DNA of 61,537 nucleotides, counting the filler. It is 14 parts of 14 records of this genome, joined end to end, with 100 filler letters (N's around TTAATTAATTAA, not from the genome) between each part and the next. Parts side by side here need not be neighbours in the genome. Positions count along the whole stretch, not along the records: positions 47,075 to 53,385 come from SRR7504441_68354; positions 53,486 to 56,704 come from SRR7504441_69086; positions 56,805 to 61,537 come from SRR7504441_69091; 11 more parts are not named here. One strand, given 5' to 3'. Made by a program: the position numbers and the translations under genes. How positions within the stretch are numbered: the stretch's first letter is position 1; each line of letters starts with the position of its first letter. Below are positions 47,291-60,100 of this stretch, one piece after another. The notes beneath the pieces are model-generated. The model had not been told where the DNA came from. It did no database searches and saw nothing but the letters and a program-made list of their open reading frames with translations.

Positions 47291-49540
47291 ATGCCGGCCG
47301 CCGAGTGCGACGGGTCGTGGGAGTGCGCGGCATGCACCTACCAGAATCCGAACCCGGCCTTCCTGGCCTGCGAGATCTGCGGCACCCCGCGCCACCAGAC
47401 TGAGAGCTTCCCCGAGGTGCTCGAGAGCGAGGACGAGCTCCGCCCGGCCGCCAACCCTCCCAGCATAGCCGTGGCCGAGACCCCAGAGCTCGAGTTTGAC
47501 CGACACGAGAGCGCCGCGCTCCGCCAAGCCCGGCGTTCGCTGGCTGAGCTCAAGCAGTCTCCGGGCAGCTCCCCGTCCGGCTCGCCCTTCCTGCTGGCCC
47601 GCCCGCACAAGAGGAAGCGGCCGGGCGCGCAGCTGCGGAGCCTGAGTCCGGGCAGTTTGGAGCCAGAGCCGGAGCCGATCGCGATCAGCAGCGGAGAGGA
47701 GGATGAGCCGGAGCCTAAAACTATCAGCCGGCCGAAGCCAGACGCTGGGCAGCCGAGCGAATCAGAGGAGGTGGGACCGAGCGCCGAGGAGCAGATCTCC
47801 GAAGTGCTCAGCAAGTGCGCCGGGTTGTCTGCCCTGATGCGGTCCGAGCTGGAGCAGCACGGGATGAGCGGGCAGGGGGCTGAGCAGCTGGCGAATCCCA
47901 TCATCAGGAAGGAGGAGCTCGAGTTCCTGGGTGGGCAGCTGATGCGATTCCAGCTGGTCGGACTGAACTGGCTGATGCTGCTCAGCCGGCACCGGATGAA
48001 CGGGGTGCTGGCAGACGAGATGGGCCTGGGAAAGACTGTGCAGATCGTCGCGCTCCTCTCGTACCTTCATGCGACGGACCATCCAGGCGGGCAGGGCCCG
48101 CACCTAGTGATTGCGCCGGGCTCCACGCTCGACCAGTGGGTCCAGTGCTTTAGCCACTGGTACCCGCAGATGCGCGTGCTCAAGTACCACGGCTCCGAGG
48201 CCGACCGGGCCGAGCTTCGCATGCTCGATGAGGACCAGATGCCGCACGTGCTTGTCTCAACGCTGACCTACTGGGAGCGGGACACGGCCGCCCAAAAGAT
48301 GGACCGCAGCTTCTTCAGGCGGTTCGATTGGGAGTATCTGATCATGGATGAGGCGCACGCCCTCCGCAACTTGAACTCGGCGCGATTCAAGCGGCTTAGC
48401 ACCCTGAGGGTTGCTCGGAAAGTGCTCTTGTCAGGCACGCCGGTCCAGAACTCGCTGAACGAGCTGCTGTGTCTGCTCAATTTCTTGGACCCGGGCACGT
48501 TTGACTTGGACAGTCAAGGGCTGGCCGAGCTATTTGATGGGGTGGAGCCTGGGGAAGCGACCAAGCTGGTGCACAGGATGATTCAGCCTTTCATCCTTCG
48601 GCGGGTCAAGCTGCAGGTGATGAGCGAACTGGTGCCCAAGCAGCAGATTCTGATCACAGTGGAGCCGTCAGACCGACAGCGGGCGCTCTACAAGCAGGTG
48701 CTACAAGAGTATCGTACGCACGGCTGCCAGACCGCACAGGGCAGGCAGCACATCTTCACCCAGCTGCGCAAAGTGGCCAACCATCCTCTGCTGGTCAGGG
48801 ACAGATTTAGCGACAAGATCCTCCAGCTCTGTGCGCCCAAGATCAGGGCGTCCGGCCGTTTCGGGTTTGAGTGCACTGAAGAGATGGTACTCCGGGAGCT
48901 GAAAGGGCTCTCCGACTTTGAACTGTCTGAGATTTGCGAAGACATCTCTTCGCTCCGACAATACTCGGTGCCAGAGACAGAGCTTCTACACTCGAGCAAG
49001 GCGAGCAGGATGCTCGAGCTTCTAGGCCAGCTAAAGCAGGATGGCCGACGGCCGCTGATTTTCTCTCAGTGGACGAGCATGCTGGACCTGGTAGAAGTGC
49101 TGCTCAATCAGGGCCAGTACTCTTGGGTCCGGCTGGACGGCAGCACGCCAGTCAAGGAGAGGCAAGAGCTCATAGACAGGTACACCAACGACCGGTCGAT
49201 ATTTGTCTTCCTGCTCTCGACGAGAGCCGGCGGACTTGGGATCAATCTGGCTGAGGCTGCCGACACGGTGATTCTGCACGACGTAGATTTCAACCCAAGC
49301 ACCGACCGGCAAGCCGAGGACCGAGTGCACAGAATCGGACAGACAAAGACAGTGCAAGTGTACAAACTGGTCACCAAAGGCACGGTCGACCAAAACATCT
49401 ACGAGATTGCAGAGAAGAAACGGGTGCTTGAGACGCAGCTGCTTGGCGACGAGAAAGGAGATGGCGGAGCTAAGGACGAGTACTCCAACACTAAGCTAGC
49501 ACCAATCATTCAGCAGATTCTGGGCGAAGTGATGCAGTAG
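47291..49540 (+). CDS. SMARCAD1: SMARCAD1/Fun30/ETL1-like SNF2 chromatin remodeller with RanBP2-type zinc finger
   Basis: WECAACTYQN...CEICGTPR; LADEMGLGKTVQ; DEAH; QLRKVANHPLLVR; SDFEL; FSQWTSMLD; DRQAEDRVHRIGQ. Confidence 0.88.
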   Translation: MPAAECDGSWECAACTYQNPNPAFLACEICGTPRHQTESFPEVLESEDELRPAANPPSIAVAETPELEFDRHESAALRQARRSLAELKQSPGSSPSGSPFLLARPHKRKRPGAQLRSLSPGSLEPEPEPIAISSGEEDEPEPKTISRPKPDAGQPSESEEVGPSAEEQISEVLSKCAGLSALMRSELEQHGMSGQGAEQLANPIIRKEELEFLGGQLMRFQLVGLNWLMLLSRHRMNGVLADEMGLGKTVQIVALLSYLHATDHPGGQGPHLVIAPGSTLDQWVQCFSHWYPQMRVLKYHGSEADRAELRMLDEDQMPHVLVSTLTYWERDTAAQKMDRSFFRRFDWEYLIMDEAHALRNLNSARFKRLSTLRVARKVLLSGTPVQNSLNELLCLLNFLDPGTFDLDSQGLAELFDGVEPGEATKLVHRMIQPFILRRVKLQVMSELVPKQQILITVEPSDRQRALYKQVLQEYRTHGCQTAQGRQHIFTQLRKVANHPLLVRDRFSDKILQLCAPKIRASGRFGFECTEEMVLRELKGLSDFELSEICEDISSLRQYSVPETELLHSSKASRMLELLGQLKQDGRRPLIFSQWTSMLDLVEVLLNQGQYSWVRLDGSTPVKERQELIDRYTNDRSIFVFLLSTRAGGLGINLAEAADTVILHDVDFNPSTDRQAEDRVHRIGQTKTVQVYKLVTKGTVDQNIYEIAEKKRVLETQLLGDEKGDGGAKDEYSNTKLAPIIQQILGEVMQ

Positions 49541-49663
49541 TTTTAACTGAGCCTTATATGGCATAACGTAAGCCACCTACTGTGTACCTGCGTCGCCTCC
49601 GACATACTGTACGTTGCTAACCGCTTTTGTACATTACAGAGCTCTTGTTTTACTATATTTTTA

Positions 49664-52600
49664 CTAGTCTAGATTTAGTCCTAAGCTTAATCCTAAACTT
49701 ATTCCAGATGGAGTCGCAATGTAAACTTCCCTATGAGCCGGGAAATTGAGGAACACAGACATATATACAACATTATCCGAGTCCACAGAGATTGATTCAA
49801 TCTCATCAAGATGCCTGAAGCCATGAAGCCTTGTTATTGTAGCTTGCTGCCCAGGCTGTAGACACATCAGGGTAGGTATGTCACCGGCACCAATCCCCAC
49901 CATCAGCAGATGCCCCGATGGACTTGCACACAGGTGCGGGAACTCGAGTTCGTCGGTATTGGCAGTGATGTCAGTGAGCTCGCCGTTCGGCTTGAGCAAA
50001 GTGAGCGTCCGAGAATCATGGTCATAGTTCACAGTGCATCCATCTGGAAGCGCACAGTGCACCCCATGGTCGTTCAGCCAGAGAGAACCGTCCTGCGACG
50101 CGTAGCTAGCTAGCGCTATAACAGTTCCATCGGGAGTTATCCACGAAGGCTTCTCGATGTCAAGGAGTATCCGATCTTGCGCATCGATAGACATATGATG
50201 CTGGTAGCCACCCATAGGTGCAGGTGCCGGGATCAATTCTTGCTGGATCAGGCGCTGCCCGACAAGCTTCCACCGTGTCAGCACTCCATTAACCACCACC
50301 ATAAGCGTGCCGTCAGCACGCCACGCCATAGCCCCTGGGCCTTGTGGAAATGGCCCACCACACGACTGACTCGCAATTTCACGACCATGGCCATCGTTGG
50401 TTGAAATCACAAGAATTCGACTAATTGAAGTCATGGTAATGGCCAGCAGGGGTAGCGATGGATGAGCTGCCATACAAAGACCACCACCTGTCCCACAACG
50501 CTAAATCTAGCATTCAGCAGCTCGCGCACCTGAGAAACGCTGACGCTCACTAAGCTCATACAGCAACTGGACACGAGCCTCATAGGAACCGCAGAACGCT
50601 CCAACCGTTCTGCGGACGCATCCGGATCGCCAGTCTTCTTGCACTGCTGCAAGCCGCAGCGCTAGTCGCTGCTCCTGGAATGACGGTGGCTTTGGGATTC
50701 GGTCAGGAATCGGCTTCCTGCAATAAGGGCAGTTCCCATTCCTAGTCAGCCAATCCTCAATGCACTCCATGCAGAAGGAGTGCGTGCACTGTGGCAGAGT
50801 CTGCACAATATCTTCAGGGGACCAGGAGTCCAAGCAAACGCTGCATTCAGTGAACTCACGCTCAGAAAAGCAGCTAGCTGCTTGCTCAACTGTCATCGAC
50901 AGCTTCTTGAGAGCAATACGCACTGCCTCACTTGCTGGTGTGCCCTCTTCTACCGGTACTGCACCACGCTCGCCGAGTTCGAAGGCTAATGAGCCGACTT
51001 GAGCACCAAGCCCGCAGGCCACGGCCATTCGTGCTTCCATGTGTGTTCTGCGTACGTTTTCCATGCCACCAAAGTACGCATCCAGATTCTCAGGGGTGTC
51101 CTCTCCAAACGCAACGAGAGCTTGTAGCAATTCTCTTGTACGAAGAAACTGATTAGCATTGCTAATGTCGTAATGGCATCGTGCTGCTAATTCTACAAGC
51201 GATGGCTCACCACGTGCGCCATGGCTCAGAGGCTCATCGTTGTTCCGTATCAGCTGCCACTGTATCGCATTGCCACACAGCGCAAGATGAGCAGCACTTT
51301 CGTTGTCGCAAAGACTCTGAAGGTAGACGTGATAATCTGCGACCCTTGCATTGCCTCGTTTGCAGTCCTCTTTGTGTCCATGCTCCCAGTGATGCAATTG
51401 GCAATCCCGATTGCAATACCGGGCTTGGTGGCAACGCGAGCATCTTTTTGTCGCATTTTCACGCCCACAGAAGTAGCATTCGTCAATATCTTGAGACGCT
51501 TCCGATGCGCGCGCTTGCACTCCAGATGGCTCTTGGTACTTAACAAGAGGCTGTGTAGTTGGATCCAAGCCCAGCATCATGGCGTTATCCGCTGGCGAGC
51601 CAGGCTGTGCTGTGCGTGCATATAATTGTAGCTCAAGGAGGCTGCTTTGTACTCGCCTTGCATCTCCAAAGAGCAGCGCTAAGCTAGATTCAGTCGCTTG
51701 CCCGCTTCGCATCAATGCTGAAATGATGGGGTTGGTACCGGGCCACGGTCTCTCTGCCAAGAATTGTTGAGATATACCAACCCTTTCCAACAAGGCCTGT
51801 GCTTCAGGGCTGTCTTTAATCTCCATAAAATGCCGCATTGCTGCCATGGGATCGTTGAGCAGTGCTTCCTCGTTCCTTGCGGCTACTATCGTTGCGATAG
51901 CAGCCATGTTCTCTGGCATTGCTGACTCTATTTCATTCATACGAGCATAACGCTCCCTGTCTTCATACCATTCTTTTTCGCCTTCGATCTGCCCTATTCG
52001 CGGGTGCTCTTTCAGATATGCGAGTGTCGTCTCGCTGATACTCGCATTTAAGATGCACATGCTGATATCGGTCGACTCTGCATATCCGCTTGGCAACTCT
52101 GCAGCTAGATCATGGTGCTTCAGCAGTCTCACCTGCGAGCCAGAGAGTTGATAACATGCCTGAACGCTGATGTGCTTGGCCATAGGAGCCCACACTGAAA
52201 CCTGAGACAGGTTATCGCTTCTGTGTACTATGACAGTTTCCAGTTTGTTGCCTGCAAACTTAAGCTCGCCATCAGCAGATTGGGAAAGCTTATACGATTC
52301 AAACCTCAAGAGACTGCGGGCATGCCAAAGCATGTCGTTGACTGCTTGTAATTCCAGGTTGCAATAATTAATCGTTGCATTCCGAAGGTTGGGCAAAGTA
52401 AGTGTTGCCTCACAACTGCCATCGAGATTCTGAAGGAACAGGCTAGTGATATTAGGAGTGAGTTCTGGTGTGAGCACCAGCTTTACAAAATTGACATCAA
52501 CCAGCTGCAAGGTGTGCAGCGCTTGAAGCTGATGAGACAGCCAGAAGGCGCGTGAAGTATCACAGTACGAGCCTGGCCAAGGGTTTACACACAGGATCTG

Positions 52601-53340
52601 TGCTCCAGCACAAGACACGGGGAGTGTTTCAATTTGCTCCTGCAGTTGTGTGCTGGAGAATAGTGACACTGACTTAGTGTAAACCAATCTCTTATCCCCC
52701 TCTCCAAGTGGCTGCATTGTGTGCTGACCCTCAAAACACCAGCGTGCACCTTCAATCTCGACTTCCGGTCCTGCTCCCTCCGGCCGCCGTTCTATCCAGT
52801 TCTGGTTGCATGCCAAGCAATGATACTCTATTTCCTGTCCACGAGCGCTGTACGAGCTGTGAACAAACTGCCGGAGATGGAGTGGATGTGCAACCTTGCA
52901 GGTACCAGAGTCTACATAGCGCTCGCTGCAGCGTCTGCACACCTGCTCGCACCGCTCTCTGTGCTGCGAGCGGTCCTTCCTCTGGCATGCCACCGAGCAG
53001 TACTGCACATTCCGGCATCTACCGCACCTTCGTAGCTGGCTGGACATCTGGCCGCAATTATTGCATGCAGGAAGGGGTATGTCTGGCAGTGTTGTGTCCA
53101 GCGCTGACACGGTTGAGTTGCTCCCAGCGTTGGAGGCGTTGCCGTCAAACTCACCGGCAGTCACTGGTCCTGACATGTCCCCAAAGCTCATCCCAGCCAT
53201 CAAAGCCTCCAGCGGCCCATCCACAACGTCTGAATCGTCCTCGCCGGTGCCCTGGGCTGTTACAGTATGAGAGTCTGAAATGAACTGATCGGTATCGAAG
53301 TTGACTGCCTGCTCTGTCGGCTCTATACCGAGAGCCTCCA
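49664..53340 (-). CDS. MYND - LRR-like - MYND - RING-H2 - beta-propeller protein (probable E3 ligase); 5' partial
   Basis: CNNC...RCGRC...YCSVACQ; CYFC...RCSRC...YCNRDCQLHHW...HKEDC; CSVCL...CTHSFCMECIEDW...CPYCR. Intron 50488-50529 joins in frame to ORF 49664-50473. Confidence 0.8.
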
Positions 53341-53485
53341 CTGGGCAGAACGTAGGATCCAGGCTGACCGATTGGGGGAGCAGCANNNNNNNNNNNNNNN
53401 NNNNNNNNNNNNNNNNNNNNNNNNNNNNNTTAATTAATTAANNNNNNNNNNNNNNNNNNNNNNNNNNNNNNNNNNNNNNNNNNNN

Positions 53486-55668
53486 ACTGGGGCAGCTGAC
53501 CAAACGGCCCGGGGGGTCAGACAGTGCTGTCGAAGTTGTGGAGAATCCAGAGCCCTCGCAAGCTGAGCCAGAGCCGGCGAGCGCGGACTCTGCATCGCTG
53601 AGTGACGTGACCAAGGACATCGAGAACGCTGTGGTGCAGGCAGCAAAGGCGATGCAGAACGCTCGCATACGAATGGAGTCCGGCGGCGCTGTCCAGCCTC
53701 CTGCTGCACAAGAGCCAAGCAGCTCCATTGAGCCTGCCCCAACCCCCTCTGCCAGTGCCCGTGATACCGACCCACTGACCATAAGCGAGCTCTGCACCGA
53801 CGCGGCTCCCAAATATGACGAGGCACATGCCGAGAGCGGGCCAGCGGACCTTCTCGGAGGGCTGATGGTGCAAGCCAAGATCGACTTCACACGCTCTGGC
53901 AAGACCAGCACGGTGGTGCGGGTGACGGGGGACGGGCTGTTGTCGAGGAGCCTGGACTTGCTGTTTGGGGAGATCGAGGCTTCGATCGGTGACAGTCTGG
54001 GCTGCGAGGCGACGCTCGACGAGTTGCAAATAAGCTGCGTCGGCGAGCCGCAGATTCGGCACCTGAGGAAGGTGGCTGGCGAGAGTCTGCAGAGTAATGG
54101 GTACAAGCCTGGGTCGCTGGTGTATGCGAGCTGTATCAATTGCGCAACCCTGCGCGATGTGGCTAGGGATATCGAGAGCTCTATGGAGCATGCCGCACAG
54201 ACAATGCAGAGCGCATACTCTAAGATAGACGGCCCACAGAGCCAAGGCAAGCAGGCTGCCAGGCCCCGCCCAGTCCAGACCTCAACGCTGCTCAGCGCGA
54301 GCAAGACGACCTCGGAGGCCGAGGCGAGCACAGCCGCGGTGCGGGATGAGATCCAGATCGACCACGCGCGGCGGCAGGAGAGCTCAAGCCAGCGGGTGCA
54401 GAAGCTGCAGGAGTGCCTGGACCGGGTTGATCAAGTCCAGAGTACCAGCAAGGGCAAGGCGGCCCAATCCAAGGCCTTAGTGAAGGCTCTGCCGCGAGAG
54501 ACGCAGAAGATGCGGGACTTAGTGAAGGCTCTGCAGGCTGACCTCGAGTCTAGTCAGGCCCAGCTTATGGCGATGCATGGCCAGATCCTGGACAAGAACG
54601 CCGGCAGCTCCAGAGAGGCAGAAGATCTGAAGGTGCAACTAGAGGAGGCCCAGGCCGGGCTGCGGAGCTTTGTAGATCATGCGAGCTCGGACGCGGACGC
54701 CAAGCAGATGAGAAGTCAGATCCAGAGGCTTCAGAAGGAGTTGGAATCGAGACATGCGCAGTTAACGCAGCTCTACACGCTAGTGCGGGGGGAGGGGGCC
54801 GAGCAGGAGTTGCTGCAGCAGATCACCAAATTGGAGGTGGAAAACGATCATCAGAGGCAGGAGCTTGAGCACACCAAGACCCAGCTAACAGACTGGCTGC
54901 AGAGGGCTAATCAAGAACTGTGTGAGGTGCCTGCGCTTAGCTCATGCTGATGCTCACCTGCTGCCGCAGGTACAAATGAAGGCAGCTACTTCACCACGTT
55001 CGACGGACGCCGACAAGCAGCGTCAGGCGCAGTACCAGGCAAAGATAGGCATGCTCGATGTGGCCATCTCAGAGAACCGAAACTGTCTGAAGCAGCTAAA
55101 GGCGTCGCCAGCGGTGTCGCCGCTGTCATCGCCAGAAAGCACACAGCCAGAGCCGGACGCTTTGGTGAAGCCGAGGGTGGTGATGCCGCAGGCAAACGAG
55201 GCTGGAGCGTCGCAAGACGGAAGTGAGGACGTCTTGATGGTGCGGGCCAAGATCGACTTCACCGTGACTGGCAAGACCAGCACTGTGGTGCGGGTAGCGG
55301 GGTCGGGCTTGCTGTCCAAGAGTCCAGCTGTGCTATTTGGAGAGCTAGAGGCCGCAATCACCGCCAACTTGGGTTTTAATGTGATGGTCGAAGGTCTGCA
55401 GATCAGCTGCAGCGGTAAGCGGGCTATGATAACGCTAACACGAGGTGAAGGCGGAGAGGGGTTGGCAGCTCGAGGGTATAAGCCTGGGTCTTTGATCTAT
55501 GCAACGTGCATCAACTGTGCCACACTAAGCGACGCGACGCGGGACATCGACAGCATGCACTGGAATATTGAGGCCAGGCAGCACAAAGCGGATATAGCCG
55601 AGCTGGAAGACATGAACGAGCAACTGGACGCAATGCAACAAGCAGCGCTGTTTGCCAATCTCAAGTGA
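53486..55668 (+). CDS. Coiled-coil protein with two copies of a ~105-aa ubiquitin-like domain; 5' partial
   Basis: Intron 54927-54969 joins the ORFs. Repeat: LMV.AKIDFT..GKTSTVVRV.G.GLLS...LQISC...GYKPGSL.YA.CINCATL. Confidence 0.75.
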
Positions 55669-55698
55669 CCGCATGTACATAATCTAATAAATACACTT

Positions 55699-56478
55699 TT
55701 AGTCATCAGCTAATCGAAATACAGAGATGAATATCGGAGGCTTCTCCGCATCCCCGTCTTCCTCTTCGATGTTTGGCCATCGCTCCTCGATCAGACCGAC
55801 ATCCTCAGCCGCGCTAGACACCTTGGCCTGCAACTGCCCGATCCGCGCCTTATGGTTTGCCAAGTAAAACCGGCCCGTTGGGCTCAGCAACTTGGCGGCC
55901 GTCTCGAGCATCGGCCTTATCAGCCACTCGCGGTACACAACGTCGGTGCCCAGCACCAAATCGAACCCACCCGACTCGCCGTTGGCCACCGCCTGCAAGT
56001 CCTCCCGCTCCCCGGCTCCCCACCGCAGCCGCTCCACCCGGACTTGCTGCCCGGCGTCGAAGCGATTGAGCCCCACACTCGCCCGGAGTACCTGCACCGA
56101 CCGGTCCTCGCCGTCTGTTAGTACCGTCCGTTCCAGGTATTGGGCCAGAGTCAGCCCGCACAGCCCAGTCCCGCTCCCCAGCTCGCACGCGCTCAGCCGG
56201 TACGGTGCGCTGGCCTCGGGTTCGAGCCCGAGCGCCGCGAGGAACTGGCGTGGGTCCCGGGCGATCAGGGCGCAGACGGCGACGGCGGAGGGCCAGACCG
56301 ATCGGGAAACGAACTCCTCTAGGTACTGGTTCTCGTGGTGGACGCACTGGACCGAGACTCGGAGCGGGGGGGCAGCCGACTGGGCGAACTCGAAGCTCTG
56401 GGTCTCGATCTGGACGTCGCTGGTGAACAGCCCACAGAACAGCCCGCCCGGCTCCTCTTCGTCGGTGGCTTCGGTCAT
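55699..56478 (-). CDS. METTL21/Methyltransf_16-family protein lysine methyltransferase
   Basis: VWPSA, CELGSGTGLCG, VLTD, RLRWG, FDLVLGTDVVY. Confidence 0.9.
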   Translation of the reverse strand: MTEATDEEEPGGLFCGLFTSDVQIETQSFEFAQSAAPPLRVSVQCVHHENQYLEEFVSRSVWPSAVAVCALIARDPRQFLAALGLEPEASAPYRLSACELGSGTGLCGLTLAQYLERTVLTDGEDRSVQVLRASVGLNRFDAGQQVRVERLRWGAGEREDLQAVANGESGGFDLVLGTDVVYREWLIRPMLETAAKLLSPTGRFYLANHKARIGQLQAKVSSAAEDVGLIEERWPNIEEEDGDAEKPPIFISVFRLADD

Positions 56479-57116
56479 CTTTGCCGTTGATCTGGGCAAC
56501 GGCAAAGCAAAGGGAGGCCTGCGCCAGGGCTACGTTGCATGTTCATGCTACGGTTGCAACGTTGCATGCCATGGAAATGGCGAACCCGCGCCGCAGCCAA
56601 ACACCAGCGCTGGCCTCGCGAAGGTGGCAATCACGCTGCTGATGTACTTGGGAGGAAAGCCCATGTCCTGGATCGATACATGTATTTAGGAAGCGTTTCA
56701 TGCGNNNNNNNNNNNNNNNNNNNNNNNNNNNNNNNNNNNNNNNNNNNNTTAATTAATTAANNNNNNNNNNNNNNNNNNNNNNNNNNNNNNNNNNNNNNNN
56801 NNNNATCAATAAATGACTTCAACTCTCTCTAGTTGTACTACGATGTACTCATAACACAACATTTATCATAGACACTTCAGGTCACACAATACAGGTTACC
56901 CACTCGTGACATACTCGTTACTACTTAGGAGTAATTAACTCGTGGCCTCGTTGCATCACTTGCATATCACTTGCATGCACATACTCGTGCGTAATGAAAA
57001 CTGTTGTATTTTCAATTGTTTTCAATCAGATGTCGTATGTAGTCTTTTGGTTCATCATTGGTTAGAGATAGTTTAGAGGACTTCGTTTGGAGTCGAACAC
57101 GATACATCGTTATGAA

Positions 57117-60100
57117 TTATATTGGTACCTCCCACATCTGACTTTCTGGATTGTAGGTGAGCTGAGACAAGTCCAACTTGCGTGCATCAGCAGCCGGCCT
57201 CAGGTCAGCGGATGCCTGTGGCGCGTGTGGCTCAGTGGATTGAGCTTTGACCGACTTGACTGAGAGCCAGACCAGCAATCCGACATACAGCGAGGCCAAC
57301 AGCACGGCTATCCCTGCGAGCACCTGCCAGAGCAAGTCAGCCTTCAGATCTGGCAGTTCTGTTTATTTACCAGCAAGTCGAGAGCAAAGTGATTCTCGGA
57401 GGAGACGAAAGAATACTTGTGGTGAAGGCTGTCCAGCACTTGGGGCCCAGTGGCACCCCAGCAATCTTCCAAGTCGGATAGCCCTGGACACTTCCATCCA
57501 GGAAGCGCATACTCTTCGTTGTAGTCGTTGTATAGGCAGCCTGGGGCATTATCAGTCTCACAAGTCTTGGTGATTGCTCCGTCCCATTTGCTCCAACGGA
57601 ACAGGCTCCACACTAGCATCTTGTTTGTCCAGAAAAGTGGGTGCACATAGAAAACAATTCTTAGCGGCAGAATCACACTGCCCACGTCGACTGCGTAGCC
57701 CATGAAGAAAAGATTTGTAGCGCAGAATGTGGCGTATTGCAGAAGGCCGGTCGTGAGGCTGTGCTGTAGACTGAGGCAGCGGGCAAAGAGATCCATGATG
57801 ATCACCGACAAAATCGATACAAGCAAAGTCGATAAGAGTCCCTGCCATGGAGTGCCAAAGATACAGAAAGTGACGACCAGAAGAGGCACAGCGATTGTGA
57901 TCAGCAGGGAAGCCTGTTCTATGAGGAATGCAGCAGTTGTGTATGCCAGAGGGCAGATCCCGTCTCTGGCATGTGCGATTATGATTCGGTTGTCTGCGTG
58001 CCCTTGAACCAGTGTCATGATTGGGATCGGAAGTGACATGAGTGCACACAGTATTGCGGCCATGCGAACCTGACGGAGCACGGCATCTTGACCTGTTGGC
58101 ATCTGAAGCAACCGGATCAGCACCAAACTTGCAAAGAAGCCACAGAGCAACGCAGTACCCACACTAAGCATTAGTAGCGCCGGTTGGCGATACAGGGCTT
58201 TAAGTTTCAGATCAAAGTTTGCACGCACTTGCGCCCAGAAAGAGGGCCGTGGAGGGTCTGGAAGTGGGCAGGGATCAGGGCTTGGTGGCTCGCAGTCCGG
58301 ATGGAATCGGTTCAGCATCGCCTCAACTCTGTAAAGGCTGTTGAAGTCGTGACTGACTTCTGCAATGATTTTAGACGCCGGGTTGCCTGACACATCCTTG
58401 ATGAATCCGAGGTCTCGAAAGTAGCCCAGTGCGTGCTCTGGTTTGCCTTGGTACGCCACACGCCCCCTCGACAGCACCATGAGCTGTTTGAACTGGGACA
58501 GGACCTTTGAGCTGGGCTGCTGCAGCGCTGCGATCACAATTGTGCCGTCCTGCCGTGCCGCATTCAGGAGATACTTGATGGTCGCAGCGGCCGCGACTTC
58601 GTCCATCCCAGTGGTCGGCTCATCCAGCAGAAGTATGGACGGTCTTTTGACGAGGGCAAGTGCCACAGAAAGCCGCTTCCGCTGTCCGGTGGACAGACCA
58701 AAGCTTTGGTCACCAATGATGGTATTCTTGCAGGAGGTCAGCCCCATTCCAGCTAGACACGCGTTGCACTGATTGTGCTTGGCCGCTGGCGTGGCAGTGC
58801 TGAACATGTCGATGGCGTGCTTGACCGCCTCTTGGCAGGTCAGGTGATGCCAGAACAGCTCATCTTGCACAAGCGCACAGTGCTTTGCTGCAAGCGCTGC
58901 GCTCATCGGCTCTCCATTGATCGATAAAGATCCCAAGACAGTGCCGGCTGGGGTGTTGCATCCAAGCACCTTGAGCAGCATAGACTTGCCAGCCCCAGAA
59001 GGGCCTATCACACACATCGAGCAAGCGTCCTGCAAGGTGGCTTGTACGCCCGAGAGCACCGTCCTCAGCATCCGACTGCGGCCTGAGAGCAGCCCAAGAG
59101 GACTCACTTCAAAACCAAGATCCTGGAACACCAGCTTCGCCCTCGGGTGCGAGGCCGAAACTGGTGTTATAAGACCTTGGACAAGCGGAGTCTTCTCTTC
59201 GGTGCAGTTTCCACTGGGGTCGGAGGGTTTAGCGTTTGCTTCGTCTCCAGCGAGGGCGGTTTGGAACAGCGTGCGAGTGAGTAGCATCACTGGCAACTTG
59301 TGAGACTGCCTACAGACCTTGCGGTGCGCCCAGCGGATGTTTAGCCTGAGCAGCCAGAAGACCCAGGCCACAGTGGCCACGAGGCAGATGAACAGTTGCA
59401 GCCCAGCCATCCCGGCCTCCCATTCAGCTGTGTGCCGTTTGACGATTCCGTACCGCTTGCTTAGCGAGAACAATACTTGCTCACCGGTCAGCCCGTAGCA
59501 CGAACTCGGCTGGGATATCCCGGGGCAAGTCCAGCCGACCGACTGTCCATCGAGCGCGAAGCAGCCGGCCGTGCCAGCTGCACAGCGGACAGCCCCAGAC
59601 CACGACGAGCCGGCGAGGATGAAGCTTAAGTCGGCCTTGATTGCCAAGTTGATTGGCGTCATGAGCAGGAGCAGCACGCGGAGAGGCAACCAGATCACAA
59701 AGTCAGGGAACACGAGGCAGCTTGTGAGCAGGCTGGTCCAGATCCAGAGGACGTACAGCATCACTCCCGCCTGTCGCGAGGCGCAGAAGGCGCAGCCGTA
59801 CGCAGTTAGCTCGAATTGCATCTGCACCGCAGCCCCTACAAGCAGCACCGCAGGAAAGCTGGTGAACCGCCATCCCAACGACAGGTACACTGGGAGCCAA
59901 AGCAACGCCATTGCGAGCAGGGAGTCGATCAGGATTAGTGGAAGCTCGCTCACCACTGCTGCGATTGGACCTATCAGCCCTGAGCGGACCTCGGCTCTCA
60001 TCCTTGCACCACTGCTGTGGTGCTTGACCACTGCGGCCCCCGCGAGCATGCCACCGGCCAGCTGCACCAACCCAACCACCCACAGTCGCGACTCGGCGTG

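Noticed and set aside
56532-56580. TGCAACGTTGCA palindrome and X-box-like word upstream of the METTL21-like gene
   Set aside because: A single short occurrence with a poor consensus match, so it cannot be separated from chance.
5823-56804. Recurrent TTAATTAATTAA palindrome, and ORFs ending in X runs
   Set aside because: An assembly linker embedded in Ns. It also rules out any cross-contig cluster, such as DNMT3-like + MOV10 + SMARCAD1 as one locus.
1803-57344. Frameshifts and premature stops as pseudogenes or an alternative genetic code
   Set aside because: The breaks I examined are resolved by short introns, and all three stop codons end genes normally.
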